A stretch of DNA of 62,996 nucleotides, the filler included, from Folioceros fuciformis (lineage: Eukaryota), in assembly GCA_049999805.1 (NCBI GenBank). It is 16 parts of 16 records of this genome, joined end to end, with 100 filler letters (N's around TTAATTAATTAA, not from the genome) between each part and the next. Parts side by side here need not be neighbours in the genome. Positions count along the whole stretch, not along the records: positions 24,285 to 36,741 come from JBNGIO010004363.1; 15 more parts are not named here. One strand, given 5' to 3'. The translations under genes and the position numbers were made by a program. Below, piece by piece: positions 24,185 through 36,841 of this stretch (positions are counted from its first letter, which is position 1; every line of letters begins with the position of its first letter). Under the pieces are notes generated by a model. It did not search any database, was not told the DNA's origin, and saw nothing but the letters and a program-made list of their open reading frames with translations.

Positions 24185-25578
24185 NNNNNNNNNNNNNNNN
24201 NNNNNNNNNNNNNNNNNNNNNNNNNNNNTTAATTAATTAANNNNNNNNNNNNNNNNNNNNNNNNNNNNNNNNNNNNNNNNNNNNCGCCAGCCCCGACCAG
24301 GGGCGCGGGCCGCCCACCTGATGCAGGTGCCGGCCTGTCACTGCCAGGCACAGCCGCCAGCCTGCCTAACTCAGGCCGCTTGCTTGACGCGGGCGCCGGC
24401 ACGATGGAGCCAGCCCGGGGCACGCCAGGCGCATAGGCGTGGACGCCCGAGGAGCGGGCGCAGCGCCCAACCTGTGAGCGCCGCCGGCGACGGGGTCAGA
24501 TCGCGAGCGCCGGCTCGGACATTGGACACAGCCGCCAACACATTGCGGGCGTGCAAATGTCAGTCGCAAGCACTAGAGGGCATCGCGGGCACCAAATCGC
24601 AGTCGCCGGGGCTCCATCGCCAAGAGCGAGGGCACGGGCGCGAAAACAATCCCGACTGCGAGGCGGAATCGGATCCCAATCCGAGAATTTCGGTCCGACG
24701 TGTCGGCTTAATTTTGGACTGCCGATTCGAACGAGGTGTGAGTGTAACAAAATCTACATTTCATTTCGACAACTTTCTAACTAGCCTTTGGTTGATTTGC
24801 ATCGATTTTGAAACATGGCGTCCTCAGAAAACGTCATGTTCAATATCGAGAAGTTAGATGGTGATACTAACTTCCCGTTTTGGAAAGAACAAGTGTACAA
24901 TGTTCTAGTGCAGAAAAAGCAAATCAAGCCGATAAAGTTGCTAGGAGTGAAACCCGTTAGCATGACTTAGGATGAGTGGCAGGATCTAGATGAGCTTGCT
25001 AGGGCTATCATCATGCTAACATTGTCGAAGTCGGTCTACTTCAACGTGAAAGATAAGACCACAAGTTACGAGCTATGGCAGAAGTTGTGTGACCTATAAG
25101 AGAAGCAAAGTGCGGCTTCTCAGGTGTATTGGTTGAAACAGCTGGTGGACTTGAAGATGAAAGAAGGAACGAGGATGTCCAATCATCTGAATGAGTTCAA
25201 TACCATTTTCATCCAGCTCTCATCTTAAGGTATCTCGTTCCCAGATTCCATGAGAGCTATGTTTCTGTTGGTCACATTATCATAGAGCTGGGACACCTTT
25301 CGTACAACTCTGAGTATTTTCGCTCGTGCCAATGGTCTTACCGTTGTAAATGTAGAAGGTAGCATGTTAACAGAGGAGGTGAACAAGAAGAACATGGAAC
25401 CCTCGAAAGATTCCAATGCCCTCATGGTGAGAGGAAGGTCCACTTCAAAGGGGAAGTACAAGGAGCGAAGTCGTTCCTGTAGTAAGTCTCGTAGTCGTAA
25501 CAATGTTGAGTGTTACCATTGTCACAAGAAAGCTCACATCAGGAGGGACTGTGAGAAGTTCAAAAAGGACAAAAGAAA

Positions 25579-25658
25579 GGTGATGTGCAGCTGAAGTTGG
25601 TGATGTGCAGCTGAAGTTGGTGATGTGCAGCTGAAGTTGGTGATGTGCAGCTGAAGTT
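25579..25658. repeat. 20-bp tandem repeat x4 at a gag/protease deletion junction
   Basis: (GGTGATGTGCAGCTGAAGTT)4. Confidence 0.95.
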
Positions 25659-27642
25659 CGACAATGGATCTTCATTCGTACTGAAGGATGTTAGGCATGT
25701 TCCGAAGTTGACCAAAAGCATGATTAGCGCGGGGCAGTTGGATGACGGTGGCTACCATTGTTGGTTTGAAGATCGTTCTTTGAAGATCTCCAAAGGTTCT
25801 CTTGTGTTAGCTCGTGGATCGAAGTGTGGCTCTTTGTACTCACTTCAGGTAACCACTGTCAAGGATCATGTGATTTGTGTAACGGAATAGCCAAGTGTTT
25901 CCTTGTGGCATAGTCGGTTAGGACATATGTCTCAAAAAGGAATGAAGATCTTATCTCGTTTTGGGTACATCCCTGCTTTTGACTTCTCCGATTTCTCCGT
26001 GTGTGAGCATTGTTTGTATGGGAAACAGACGAAGTCACCACATGGAGCAAGAGGTAAACACAAAAGTAAACCTCTTGAGTTGGTTCACAATGACATTTGT
26101 GAACCTATGCCCACTGTATCGTTAGGCGGTGCATCTTATTTTGTCACTTTCATAGATGATTTCTCACGCAAGGTGTGGGTTTATCCTTTGAAGAAAAAGC
26201 ATGATGTTCTAACAGTGTTTCAAAAATTCGTCACCCTTGTGGAGAATCAGTTTGGCCTCCGACTGAAGTGTCTAAGAACAAACAATGGGGGAGAGTATGT
26301 TTCGAAGACTTTCCAATCATTCTGTGATTCCAAGGGAATCAAGAGAGAATTGATTGCGCAGTATCCTCCTTTCCAGAATGGTGTGGCTAAACGGATGAAT
26401 AGGACCATCCAGGAGAGGATGCATAGTTGTTGTCAAACTCTGGATTGCCTAACGGATTTTGGACCGAAGCAGTGTCTACGGCAGTGCATCTTATTAACAG
26501 ATCTCCTAATAGGGCTGTGGATGAGCAAGTTCCAGAAGAGATGTGGTCTGGGAAGAAGCCGTCTTACAAGCATATACGTTTGTTTGGCTGCGAGGCATAC
26601 TACCATGTTCCGAAGGAGTTTCGGGACAAGTTGGCTCCTAAGTCAAGAAAATGTATTTTTCTTAGTTATGGTGAATCTGGTGAGATGGGATACTGTCTGT
26701 GGGATCCAGAGGCCAAGAGGATGGTTCACAGCAATGACGTCTTCTTCAATGAGACCAAGATGCACAAGAAGCCTACTCCAACTGTGGAGGTGCGACGGGT
26801 GGTCTTCCAAGAAGATGGACTTGACTGTCCCGCGCAGGTTGAACGTCGTGATCTGCAAGAACAAGTTCCTCCCCTTGTAGAAGAAGAGAGAGTGCAACTA
26901 GCTCCAGTCGAGGCGCCAGTGCTTCGTAGGTCTGGAAGGATTTTGCATCCTACTAACAGGTATGTTGTATCTCTTGATTATGTCATGCTGACGGATTGTG
27001 GGGAGCCCTCTTGTTATTAAGAGGCCATGTCAGTGACTGACAAGGACAAGTGGGAGAAGGCGATGTAGTCGCAGATGGATTCACTCCACAAGAACCAAAC
27101 TTGAGAGTTGGTTCGGTTGCCTAGGGGCAAGAAGGCGTTGCCATGCAAATGGGTGTATAAGATGAAGGACATACCCCATTATGGCAAACCCAAGTACAAG
27201 GCGCGATTGGTTGCTAAGGGTTTTAAGCAACAGCAAGGTATTGACTTTGATGAGATTTTCTCACCAGTTGTCAAAATGACCACCTTGCGATGTGTTCTTG
27301 TTCTGGTTGCGAGGAACGACATGGAACTTGTCCAGATGGATGTGAAGTCGGCATTTCTTCATGGTGATCTCCAGGAAGAGGCATACATGCAGCAACCAGA
27401 GGGTTTCATTGAGAAGAGCAAAGAGAGTCTGGTGTGCAAGTCAAAGAAGAGCCTTTATGGTTTGAAGCAGGCACCCAGGGAGTGGTATTACAAGTTCCAC
27501 TCATTTATGCTTTCTCAAGGCTACAATCGTAGCGATGAGGATCATTGCCTCTATACGAAGCAAGCTAAGGATGGAAGCTTGCTCATTCTAGTCCTCTATG
27601 TGGATGATATGCTAATTACTGGAACTAACAGTGATGAGATTA

Positions 27643-30600
27643 CACTAGTCAACTCTCCCAACCCCGTACCTACCAATATGGCCACACGTCCCATCAATAG
27701 GTAGGCACCATTCCTTCACTTGGAAGGGCACTAGTACCTCCCCTACCGATTTCTACCTTCCAATCACGTTCCTACCAATCTTGCAACACGTCTCGTCAGT
27801 AGGTAGGCACCATTTCTTCACTTGGGAGGGCCCCAGTACCTCCCCTACCGATTTCTACCTTCCAATCACGTTCCTACCAATCCTGCAACACGTCCCGTCA
27901 GTAGGTAGGCACCATTCNNNNNNNNNNNNNNNNNNNNNNNNNNNNNNNNNNNNNNNNNNNNNNNNNNNNNNNNNNNNNNNNNNNNNNNNNNNNNNNNNNN
28001 NNNNNNNNNNNNNNNNNCCCCAATACCTCCTCTACCGATTTCTATCTCCCTACACTCAATACCTTTTCCTCACAACGCTCCATACAACACCTTCCTCTAC
28101 CCACAATCTAGCTACTCGTCTCCCTACGCCTAGCAACCAACAAGTTTTTCTCCGAGCCTACTCCGCTCCCTCCAACTCTGTTTATCGTTCACCTACGACC
28201 TTCAACCTTTCCCGCGTACCTTCAACACGTCCAGTTAGTAGGAAGGCACCATTCCTTCACTTGGAAGGGCCCCAGTACCTCACCCTACCAACTTCTAACT
28301 ACCTACACCCAGCACCTTTCCCCACAAGTCTCCTCACAACACCTTCTACACGATCCAACTCCGCGTTTCCCTACGTTCAAGACTCCCAACCAGACATCAC
28401 AAGAACCTTTGCGATCGGCAACAGAAAGGACACTTGCAACTCCCCCTCCTGCCAGGATGTCCACGCAGGCTTACAAAAATTGGTTCTCTATTCGTCACGA
28501 AACACTTACAATCAAAGAACGAGCCCCCTAGCTCAAGTTCTTCATTCTACTTATATAGGATGGCAGATGGCTTCCTACCTACCACTCGCCGCGGCCAGCT
28601 TTAACTACGCACACCTACCAAGAGGCTAACACCTAGCAATAGTGGCTAAGGCAGTGCGCGCAGATGAAAATTAGGACTATTGGTGCCGCCATAGAAGATT
28701 CGTTGACCCCCTTTTTCAAAAAGGTATGGCTAGGATGGCTCTTGAAGGGAGGTAGAGTCTGAAGGTTGAGCCACTGGGCCCCCCTCCATTATTGGGATTC
28801 GTCTTCTTTTGGATCCACGAGCTTCCACCGTACCTTCCTCTGTGTGGATCTCTTGGGCTATCCCTTCACCACCACCTACAAGTTTGGAAGGGGAGGGTTC
28901 CCCTTGTTCCTCAACTTGAGGGTTCTTCCCTACGTAGGGTGGGAATGTTCCCTCCGTAGGTAGGGTCCCTACCATTCCTTCCCCTCCTCTCGTAGGTAGG
29001 TTCCCTACCCCTCCTCTCGTAGGTAGATTCCCTATGGGAGTAGGTACCCTTGTTGCGTGCTCTTCCTAGCCCATAGCAGCTCCTTAAGTTCCCATTGCGA
29101 GCTCTCCAGGTCCATACTGCTGTCCTCTTGAAAGTCTGTTGGTAGGGGCACTATCTCCAGGGCCTCACGGTTGTCATCATGTGGCCCAAGATACCTTCGC
29201 CTTGCCAATGCTACCAGTTCCTTATGATGAGCGAGTAGACGTTGGTGTAGGTAGAGGTTGCGATTCTGTTGAGCTAGATCTATGGTATCCATGTCAACAA
29301 CCCAATCCCCACCCTCGCATCTATTCTTGTAGATATCCCGTTCAGCCTCCATCTCCCCTACCTTCAACTGTAGGTCAAGGTTTTCTTGATGAGTTGCATG
29401 AAGCTTGGTCATGCACCCCATCAAGTAGGCATAGTCAGTACGAAACCTACGAGCTCGAACCACCAGCATCCTGTGAATGGTCTAGTGCTCAGCTTCTTGT
29501 TATGCTTTCTCCTACCGAAGGTCTTCTAATTGGATGGTCAATTGTTCCCTCTCTACTCGCTCTCGTTGCCCTGCTTCAAGGCATTGCTGGAGTTCTTGGT
29601 TCGCTCTAGCATTCTGTGCCTCCAACTCATCTAGCTTGCCTTGTAGATCCTTTGCAAGGTAGACTTGTTCCCGTAGCTATTCCTCCACCACCTTCCTAGT
29701 TTCCTCAGACTAGGTGAGGTCCCTTCGACATGCAATGATCTCATGTGATAAACCTTGTTGGCAAGTCTGCAACGTGGTCACCTGCTGGGTCAACTTCTCT
29801 AGTCCCTGCCTTTGCTCACCATCCTTGAGGAGATACTGTTCTCGCTCCTTTTTCAATTCCTGCACTTTGGATTCTAGTCGTGCCTGGTTTGCATCCCAAC
29901 TTATGTCCTCCTGTAGTAGGGCTGCAATCATTGCACGAGCCTCTCCCCAATTGATGTTTTGTAGTTGTTGGCCACACCGAATGATGTTGCTCCACACTCC
30001 CAACAAACTGTCATTACCTTGGCTTGTGGCGTGTGCTTCCCGGGCTACCTCCCAATTCATTGGGCTCCTTCTCCCCAAATCTAGTGCTCTACTCTATGCT
30101 TGCACTACTGGTGTCATCGCCAAATCCCCTACCTGGTACCCTACTTCAACTATTGGCTGGCTTGGTCCAAGATCCCTCACTGTCTCCATCTCAGTTGGGG
30201 TGGAATCTAGGGCTGCGGGGGTGGTGACTGATGGTAGCCTTTAGTCCCTTTGCTGCTCCCTGGGTCTCCGTATCAACGGGGTGTCATCTTCATCAGACTC
30301 ATCATAGGCTGTCATGGCTGATTCGAAATCAAGTGGGGACTCCTCATCTGTAAGAGGGGTCGACACTCCACTGGAAATAAAAGCCTCCCCTTGCAACGAG
30401 ACAACTACAAAAGGTTGTTCCGCCTCCTCCAACTCCTCTTGTGTTAACCACCCTTCTGTCTTCCATAAGTGCACCAAGTAAGTCGAGAGGTAGCAGGGTC
30501 GCGCACTCCCCCCCTCCCTACTGTTCGGCTTGAGCAACTTCTCCCTGTGGTAGGTATACGCCTCATACATAATTAACCTCCAGTCTCGCTTTGCTCCTTG

Positions 30601-31830
30601 AGTCACTCTCCAAAGGAAGTGGAGGAAAGCATTGCTAAAATATGAGGTGCGTTGATAGTTCACCAATCCAAGAACCACCTTAGTGAACAACCACCATTAG
30701 AGCTCCTTGATCCTCTCAGTCCTCCACCCGTTCTTGGTTCTTGCTAGCTCCCCTCCCAACAGCAATTCTAGTGCCCCATATGGTAGGGTGGTGTTGGGTG
30801 ACCTCCGCCCATCTATGGTTTTATCCAGGATCCCAATACCATCGCTCTCCTCTTCCGACCTTTCGTACACCTGTCGGATGCTCCAGACAGTCCAACACCG
30901 AAGGTTAGTCATCGCGTTTCGTTCAGGTAGGGCTTCCAACTCCTCCTTCGATTGCTGTAGGTTGGTATAGCACTCCTTCACCAAGCCTTCATGAACATAT
31001 GACCAATGTCTGCCATATATCCAGTCAAGCTGGATGTTTGCGTTACATGCCCAAGTCCGTAGGTCTATCAAATCCCTAAAGTTCAGTTGGCCCCCAAAGC
31101 AGGAAAAGGACGGAACATTGGTTCGGGGAGAGCTGGCTACCCTCGTGGGTCGTCCCCTACTGCCGGAACCCACCTGAGTATGGTTGAAGGTCCGCGCCAT
31201 AGTTGATGGAACAAAACCCCAAGAACGTCGATTGCCCTCCTTTACGCAAGGTTATACCACTACCTCCGTAGGCAACTGCTCCTAGCTTCTGTCCAGCTGA
31301 TTTCACGTCCCCTGCACCGTTCCTCCCTATGGCTCTCACAACAGCAAAGCCCTTTCTCTCGCTCTGAGTGAGCTTGGTCACAACAAGTAGGTCTTCGGCG
31401 TAGGTGTCTTGTTGCACAGTTACTTCCTTGTTCCCCGCTATGTAGGTAAATGTAGTTCCCTACGTGGAGGTGAGCACCCTTCGTTGATGGGACACCTTAG
31501 GTAGGGACCCCTTTAAATAGCCTCTTGTCGTAGGTATACTTCTATATGTAGTAAATACCCTACACAGGTGTCCCCTTTTATGTAGGTAGCTTGCCCTTCA
31601 CAACTATATTTCTTATTTAGGTACTACCTCCCACATAAATATCCTCCCTATGTGGGCATACTTCCTTATAGGTAGCCATCCCAAAGAAGGTAACTTCTTT
31701 ATAATACTACCCCTTATTATCGCCACTCATCTAACTTGCCAAACCAAGACCAAACAAAATTGAAAATGTTATTAGCTGATCCCTACCTATTGCAGGTACT
31801 TGCCAAAAACCCGCATTCCACATCGCTAAA
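27643..31830 (-). mobile_element. 4.2-kb insertion, probably the accessory region of a Ty3/gypsy-type element
   Basis: Replaces part of element A's RT. It has C-rich tandem repeats at 27680-28290 and a long degenerate minus-strand ORF. Related sequence occurs at 49050-49530. Confidence 0.55.
29032..31200 (-). pseudogene. Degenerate accessory protein of about 720 codons with a C-terminal coiled coil
   Basis: Track ORFs 31200, 30690, 30078 and 29469 are all in one frame, separated by in-frame stops. Motifs include KNGWRT...DWRLIMYE...PCYLSTYLVHLW. Confidence 0.6.
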
Positions 31831-32478
31831 CGTCCTGACATTGCCTTTGTAGTGGGAGTGGTTAGCAGGTTTATGTCAAACCCTAGTAGGAAGCATTAGG
31901 AGGCAATGAAAGGAGTTATGAGGTACTTGAATAGTACGAAAGCTTTGTGCTTATGTTTTGGTAGTGAAGATGCATTTGTCGTGGGATATACGGATGCTGA
32001 TCATGCAGGGGATATGGACAAAAGGAGGTCCACATCAGGTTATGTCTTCATGTGCACTGAAGAAGCAGTGTCATGACGATCTCGTTTGCAATCGTGCATA
32101 ACGCTATCTACCACAGAGGCCGAGTATGTTGCAACGACTAAGGCTTGCAAGGAAGCCTTGTGGCTTGCTCATTTAGTGGGAGATTTGGGCATCAAGGTTG
32201 AGTTGCCAGCGTTGCATTGTGATAGCCAGAGTGCTATTCAACTGGCGAAGAATCTAGTGTTTCATGCGAAGACCAAACATGTGGAAGTGAAGTATCACTT
32301 TATTCGAGAGGTGTTGGAAGACAAGAGGGTACAGCTTGTCAAAGTTCACACCACTTAGATCCTTATAGATGTTCTTACCAAGGGGCTCTCTATGGAGCAA
32401 TTCGCACAAGCTTGGACACTTATGGGCATGAGGTAGACCACGCTCCTATGAAGGTAAATTGGCCTTTAAGTGGGAGAT

Positions 32479-32773
32479 TGTAGGGTTATTAAAGCCCAAT
32501 GTGCTTAGACTAATGTGTTTAGTCTAATATTAGTGTCTAGTTAAGTACCATTGGTTTAGATTAGCTTAAGCTAATCTGTAGGAAGCTTCTTGCGTAGCTT
32601 CCTATGCGCTTCTTTTGAAGCTTCTTAGGGAGCTCTTCTAGAGGGTATAAATACCCCCTTAAGCTCCCTTGCATATAGAGACTTTGTGTGAGAGTGTGAC
32701 CTCTCTTTTCTCCTCTCGTCCTTGCCTCCTCCTCTTCTCTCCTTCACCATGCAGCTCCTCTAGCGGTCCTTCA
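32479..32773 (+). repeat. 3' LTR of copia element A
   Basis: TG after the PPT AAGTGGGAGA, TATAAAT near 32647, and a CA end at 32773 where element B's integrase (ERGIQHQLTVPYTPQQNG) resumes. Confidence 0.8.
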
Positions 32774-35700
32774 GAGAGGGGGATTCAACATCAACTCACA
32801 GTCCCTTACACGCCACAACAGAACGGAGTGGCAAAGTGGAAAAATCAAACTCTATTGTCTATGACTAGGAGTATGTTGTTATGGGCAAACTTATCTCAAG
32901 AGTATTGAGCTGAAGCTATTGTTGCTCCTACATACATCCTGAATCAACTTTTCACTAGCTCCGTTCCTTCCAAGACCCTATGTGAAGCATTCTGGAAACG
33001 AAAACCTAGTTTGCTGCACTTACGAGTATTTGGTTCTCGTGCTTTTGCTCTCATCCCAAAGGAGAAGAAAAAGAAACTGGATCTGAGAGCCCAAGCACTT
33101 GTCTTCGTTGGCTATAGTGAACAGTCCAAAGCCTACAAACGTACGATCCTGAGAAGAGGCGGGTAGTGTTAGCACGTACTATTACATTTCTTGAGGTTGA
33201 TAAACCAATAGGGTTTTCCGAAGCTGAGGGAGTAACTTTACCGGAGACAGGGGAAAATACTTCTCATTTTCAAATGGACGAATCTCAGGATGAGGAAGAT
33301 GTACAGGTTGGTCACCCAATGACCCAACCACCTCCTCAGCTTGCTCAGCCAGTTGACCTAATACTTCCTCCTTTTGTGTTAGTACCTGATCAACCACAAG
33401 CTATCATTCATGATCCAAATCAAGCTGCTCCACCCATAAACGTAGCTGCTAACGAAGCTGAGGGAGCTTTGAATGACGAGTTATATGTACCTGAAGGAGA
33501 TGATGAAGACCATGCTCCAGTTGTTCGTGATGAGGATCCAAATCCTCCTTTGCGAAGGTCAACAAGGAATCGCCCTCCACCAGAACAATGGAAAGAGCCA
33601 AGATATGAGTCAATCGACTTTAGGACAACATATACAGACATTTGTCATTCTGCATCTAGTACTATACATCTGGAACCAAAATCCCGCACAAAAGCATTCT
33701 TAGGACCAGAAAGGGACAAATGGAAATTTGTTGTTGACGAAGAGTATAATTCTCTGGTGAAGAACAAAACCTGGACATTGGTAGACTTATCTCTTGCCGA
33801 AAACCTATCTCTTGTAAGTGGGTATTCAAACTAAAGCTTAATGCGAAGGGAGAGATAGCAAGGTATAAGGCCAGATTGGTCGCAAGGGGTTTCACTCAAG
33901 TTGAAGGACTAGATTATCAAGAGACATTCTCACATGTTGTGAGAGCACAATCCATAAGAATGATTTTTGCCCTCGTAGCTGAATTCGACCTAGACCTACA
34001 ACAGATGGATGTTTGCATGGCATTTTTATATGGAGCACTAGATGAGGATCTTTATATGATACAGCCTGAAGGTTATGAGGATCCTAACCACCCTAAGCAA
34101 GTACTAACGCTACTAAAGACCATTTATGATCTAAAACAGAGTGGTCGAGTATGGTATCTCACCATTCATGAGTACCTTATAAACAATTCTTTTGCCTAGA
34201 GTTTTGCAGATAGTAATGTCTATAAACTGACAAAAGGAACTGAATATGTGATCCTCGCTTTGTATGTGGACGATGTCATACTTGCCACAAACAGTCAGCC
34301 ACTGTTAGCAGAGGTAAAAGAGATGCTAAGTAATAAGTTCGAGATGAAAGATATTGGCGAGCTAAAATTTTGATTAAGAATCCAGTTGCTACGAGTAAGG
34401 GAAGAAAAACTAATCCTCATTCATCAATATCAGTATGTTCAAGAACTTTTGAAAAGGTTTAAACTTGAACAAGCTAGACCTTCTACTACTCCCTTTGCCC
34501 TTGGGACAAAGCTCACTAGTTTACAATGTCCTCAAGCAGCAGATGAAATAAGGGAGATGGCACAAGTATCGTATAGACATGCGATTGGAAGTTTGATATT
34601 TATAGCTAACTGGACACGGCCAGACATTTTGTATTCAGTCAGTACCTTATCTCAGTTCCTGGAAAATCCAGGTAGGGTACATTGAACAGCAACCAAATGT
34701 GTCTTTCACTATCTAAAGGAACACAATCATATGGACTTGCTTATAGAAGTAGTAATGAAGGAAAGCTTACACTCAGAGGATTCACAGATGCAGATTGGGC
34801 ATCAGATACAAAATCTCGTTGGAGCTTTCCACATACTGTTTCCTGCTGTCTTCAGCTGCTATTAATTGGAGCTATAAAAAAGCAAACATCAGTAGCTTTA
34901 TCATCGACAGAGGTGAAGTATAAAAGCTTAACAGAAGCCTCAAAAGAGGTTGAGTGGGAGCGTACCTTCCTGTTTGACCTAGGACAGAAGCAGATAACTC
35001 CAACTCCCATCCTGTGTGATAACATGTCAGCACTGGAGCTTGTAGCTAATCCTAAATTTCACGCAAGAACGAAACATATCAAAATACAACACCATTATAT
35101 CAGGGATGTTGTTGAGCATGAAATTGTTAAGGTTAGCTATGTGGCAACAAATGAAAACACTGCTGACATCTTTGCTAAGGGTCTATCCAAGGAGAAGCAT
35201 TACAAACACTTAGAATCCCGTGGGCTGAGGGCATTTTCCATGCCCACTACCGATACGTGACCTACCTAGTTCAGTCTTCATGGAGATAGTTTGCAAGTCA
35301 GCTTGTCCAATTTTCAATAATCCATACTTGGTCCAGTTGTCCGCATGAAATACAGAGCTTGCTCTCCCTGTCTCCTGTTCATAGCAAGTCAACATTGTGG
35401 TGCCCTCAGTGGATGAAGCCTAAGTTCATAATCCAGTCGTGAGTACGCGCATCACATGCTAGAGTATTGTAAGGTGATAGGTTTTCCTCTCACTTGTTGC
35501 TGAGCGAAGGATGTAGCCAAGCTCTTCAAGCTCCCGCATCATTGTACTGTACTCTACAGTTGTTAAGGGTTGCGACAATTCATCCTCGGCAGGCGTCTTA
35601 GCCGGTAGCGCCTCTAGTTCCCGTACTTTCTTCTTTGCACATGAGATGAGGTCTTCCAGTTCGTTGCACATCTCGAGCGCCTTGATCTGATGCCACAGCA

Positions 35701-36741
35701 GCTCCATGTCAGCCTTGTTTGCCACCATGACTTCCCAGTTACAGAGGGAGATGACGGAGTAGGAAGCTGTTCAGGTGGCGGATTTCTCATATGCTTGATG
35801 CTGCTACTGCCCATCTCTAAGGAGTTAAAGCTGCTGCAGGCCATCCTGTAGGAGAGAGTGGTGACGATGGTAGCGCACCGCCGCGATTGGAAGAAAAGCC
35901 CCTACTGATCTGTCGAAGTCCTGCTTCTGCTAAGCGCCAAGTCCCCTTTTTGTAGCTTGTAGACTGTGATCGCAATCAACACCATGGCATAGAAGGTTAT
36001 CGTGACAAGTAATAATTTAACCTGCTTAGGTTAAATTATATTCAAGGGCCATACCCTTAGGGCTGCCCATACATATTGACAAAGTTTTGTTTTTTTTTTA
36101 AACACTTGAGATATACACATATATAGTATTGTACACAAAAGTCTAAGCCTCCTAGCTCTCTTGCATATTTTATGCTAAATGACTATCTTCTCATAGTCTA
36201 CATTGCTCATAGCCCCATGAGTCATTACAGCAAGGAGGATGAATATGAGAATACTTATGGACTTTGGCGCTTATCTTGCAAGGGAGAATACTTATGGACT
36301 TTGGCGCTTATCTTGCAAGGGAGAATACTTATGGACTTTGGCGCTTGCACAACCCTCCGCCACCTATCTAGGGGGCTTGATGATCACGTGCTCGCAAATC
36401 GAATCCCTAGTGCGATCCATAACAACCACATCAACAACACAAACCTATTCCATTAATGGTCATTAATGGAATAGGTTTGTTTGTTATTCCTAGGCATTAG
36501 TGGTCATTAATGCCTATTTAGTGAAGATGATTAGAAAATATAATATAATATAAAATTAGCTAGATAGACACATAACTAGATGTGTGGATATGGCTGCAGC
36601 AAGTCTCAAGTAGCAGGCATAAAAGCTTAGCTCAACTGTGTCCACTACAGTTGTAAGCTTGTATTCTCTTTGCATTCTGTGGAATAGGCTTTCTATTAAG
36701 GGAGCATTCTCTTGAGTGCATCCTCTTGGAAGTGCATTCTC
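32774..36741 (+). mobile_element. Ty1/copia element B (IN end, RT, RNase H, long 3' region, probable LTR), degenerate
   Basis: PQQNG, YKARLVARGFTQ, LYVDDV, TRPDI, GFTDADWA and ARTKHIKIQHHYIRD motifs, with many stops. 37-bp tandem repeat at 36247-36346. Confidence 0.9.
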
Positions 36742-36841
36742 NNNNNNNNNNNNNNNNNNNNNNNNNNNNNNNNNNNNNNNNNNNNTTAATTAATTAANNN
36801 NNNNNNNNNNNNNNNNNNNNNNNNNNNNNNNNNNNNNNNNN

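Larger units (their letters stand above)
24285..32773 (+). mobile_element. Ty1/copia element A (degenerate), interrupted at 27643-31830 and itself nested in element B
   Basis: gag ATG at 24815, Zn knuckle CYHCHKKAHIRRDC, integrase, RT up to LYVDDM (~27610). RT/RNase H resumes at 31831 (RPDIAF...GYTDAD...KTKHVEVKYHFIRE) and ends at 32436. PPT at 32468-32477. Confidence 0.92.
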
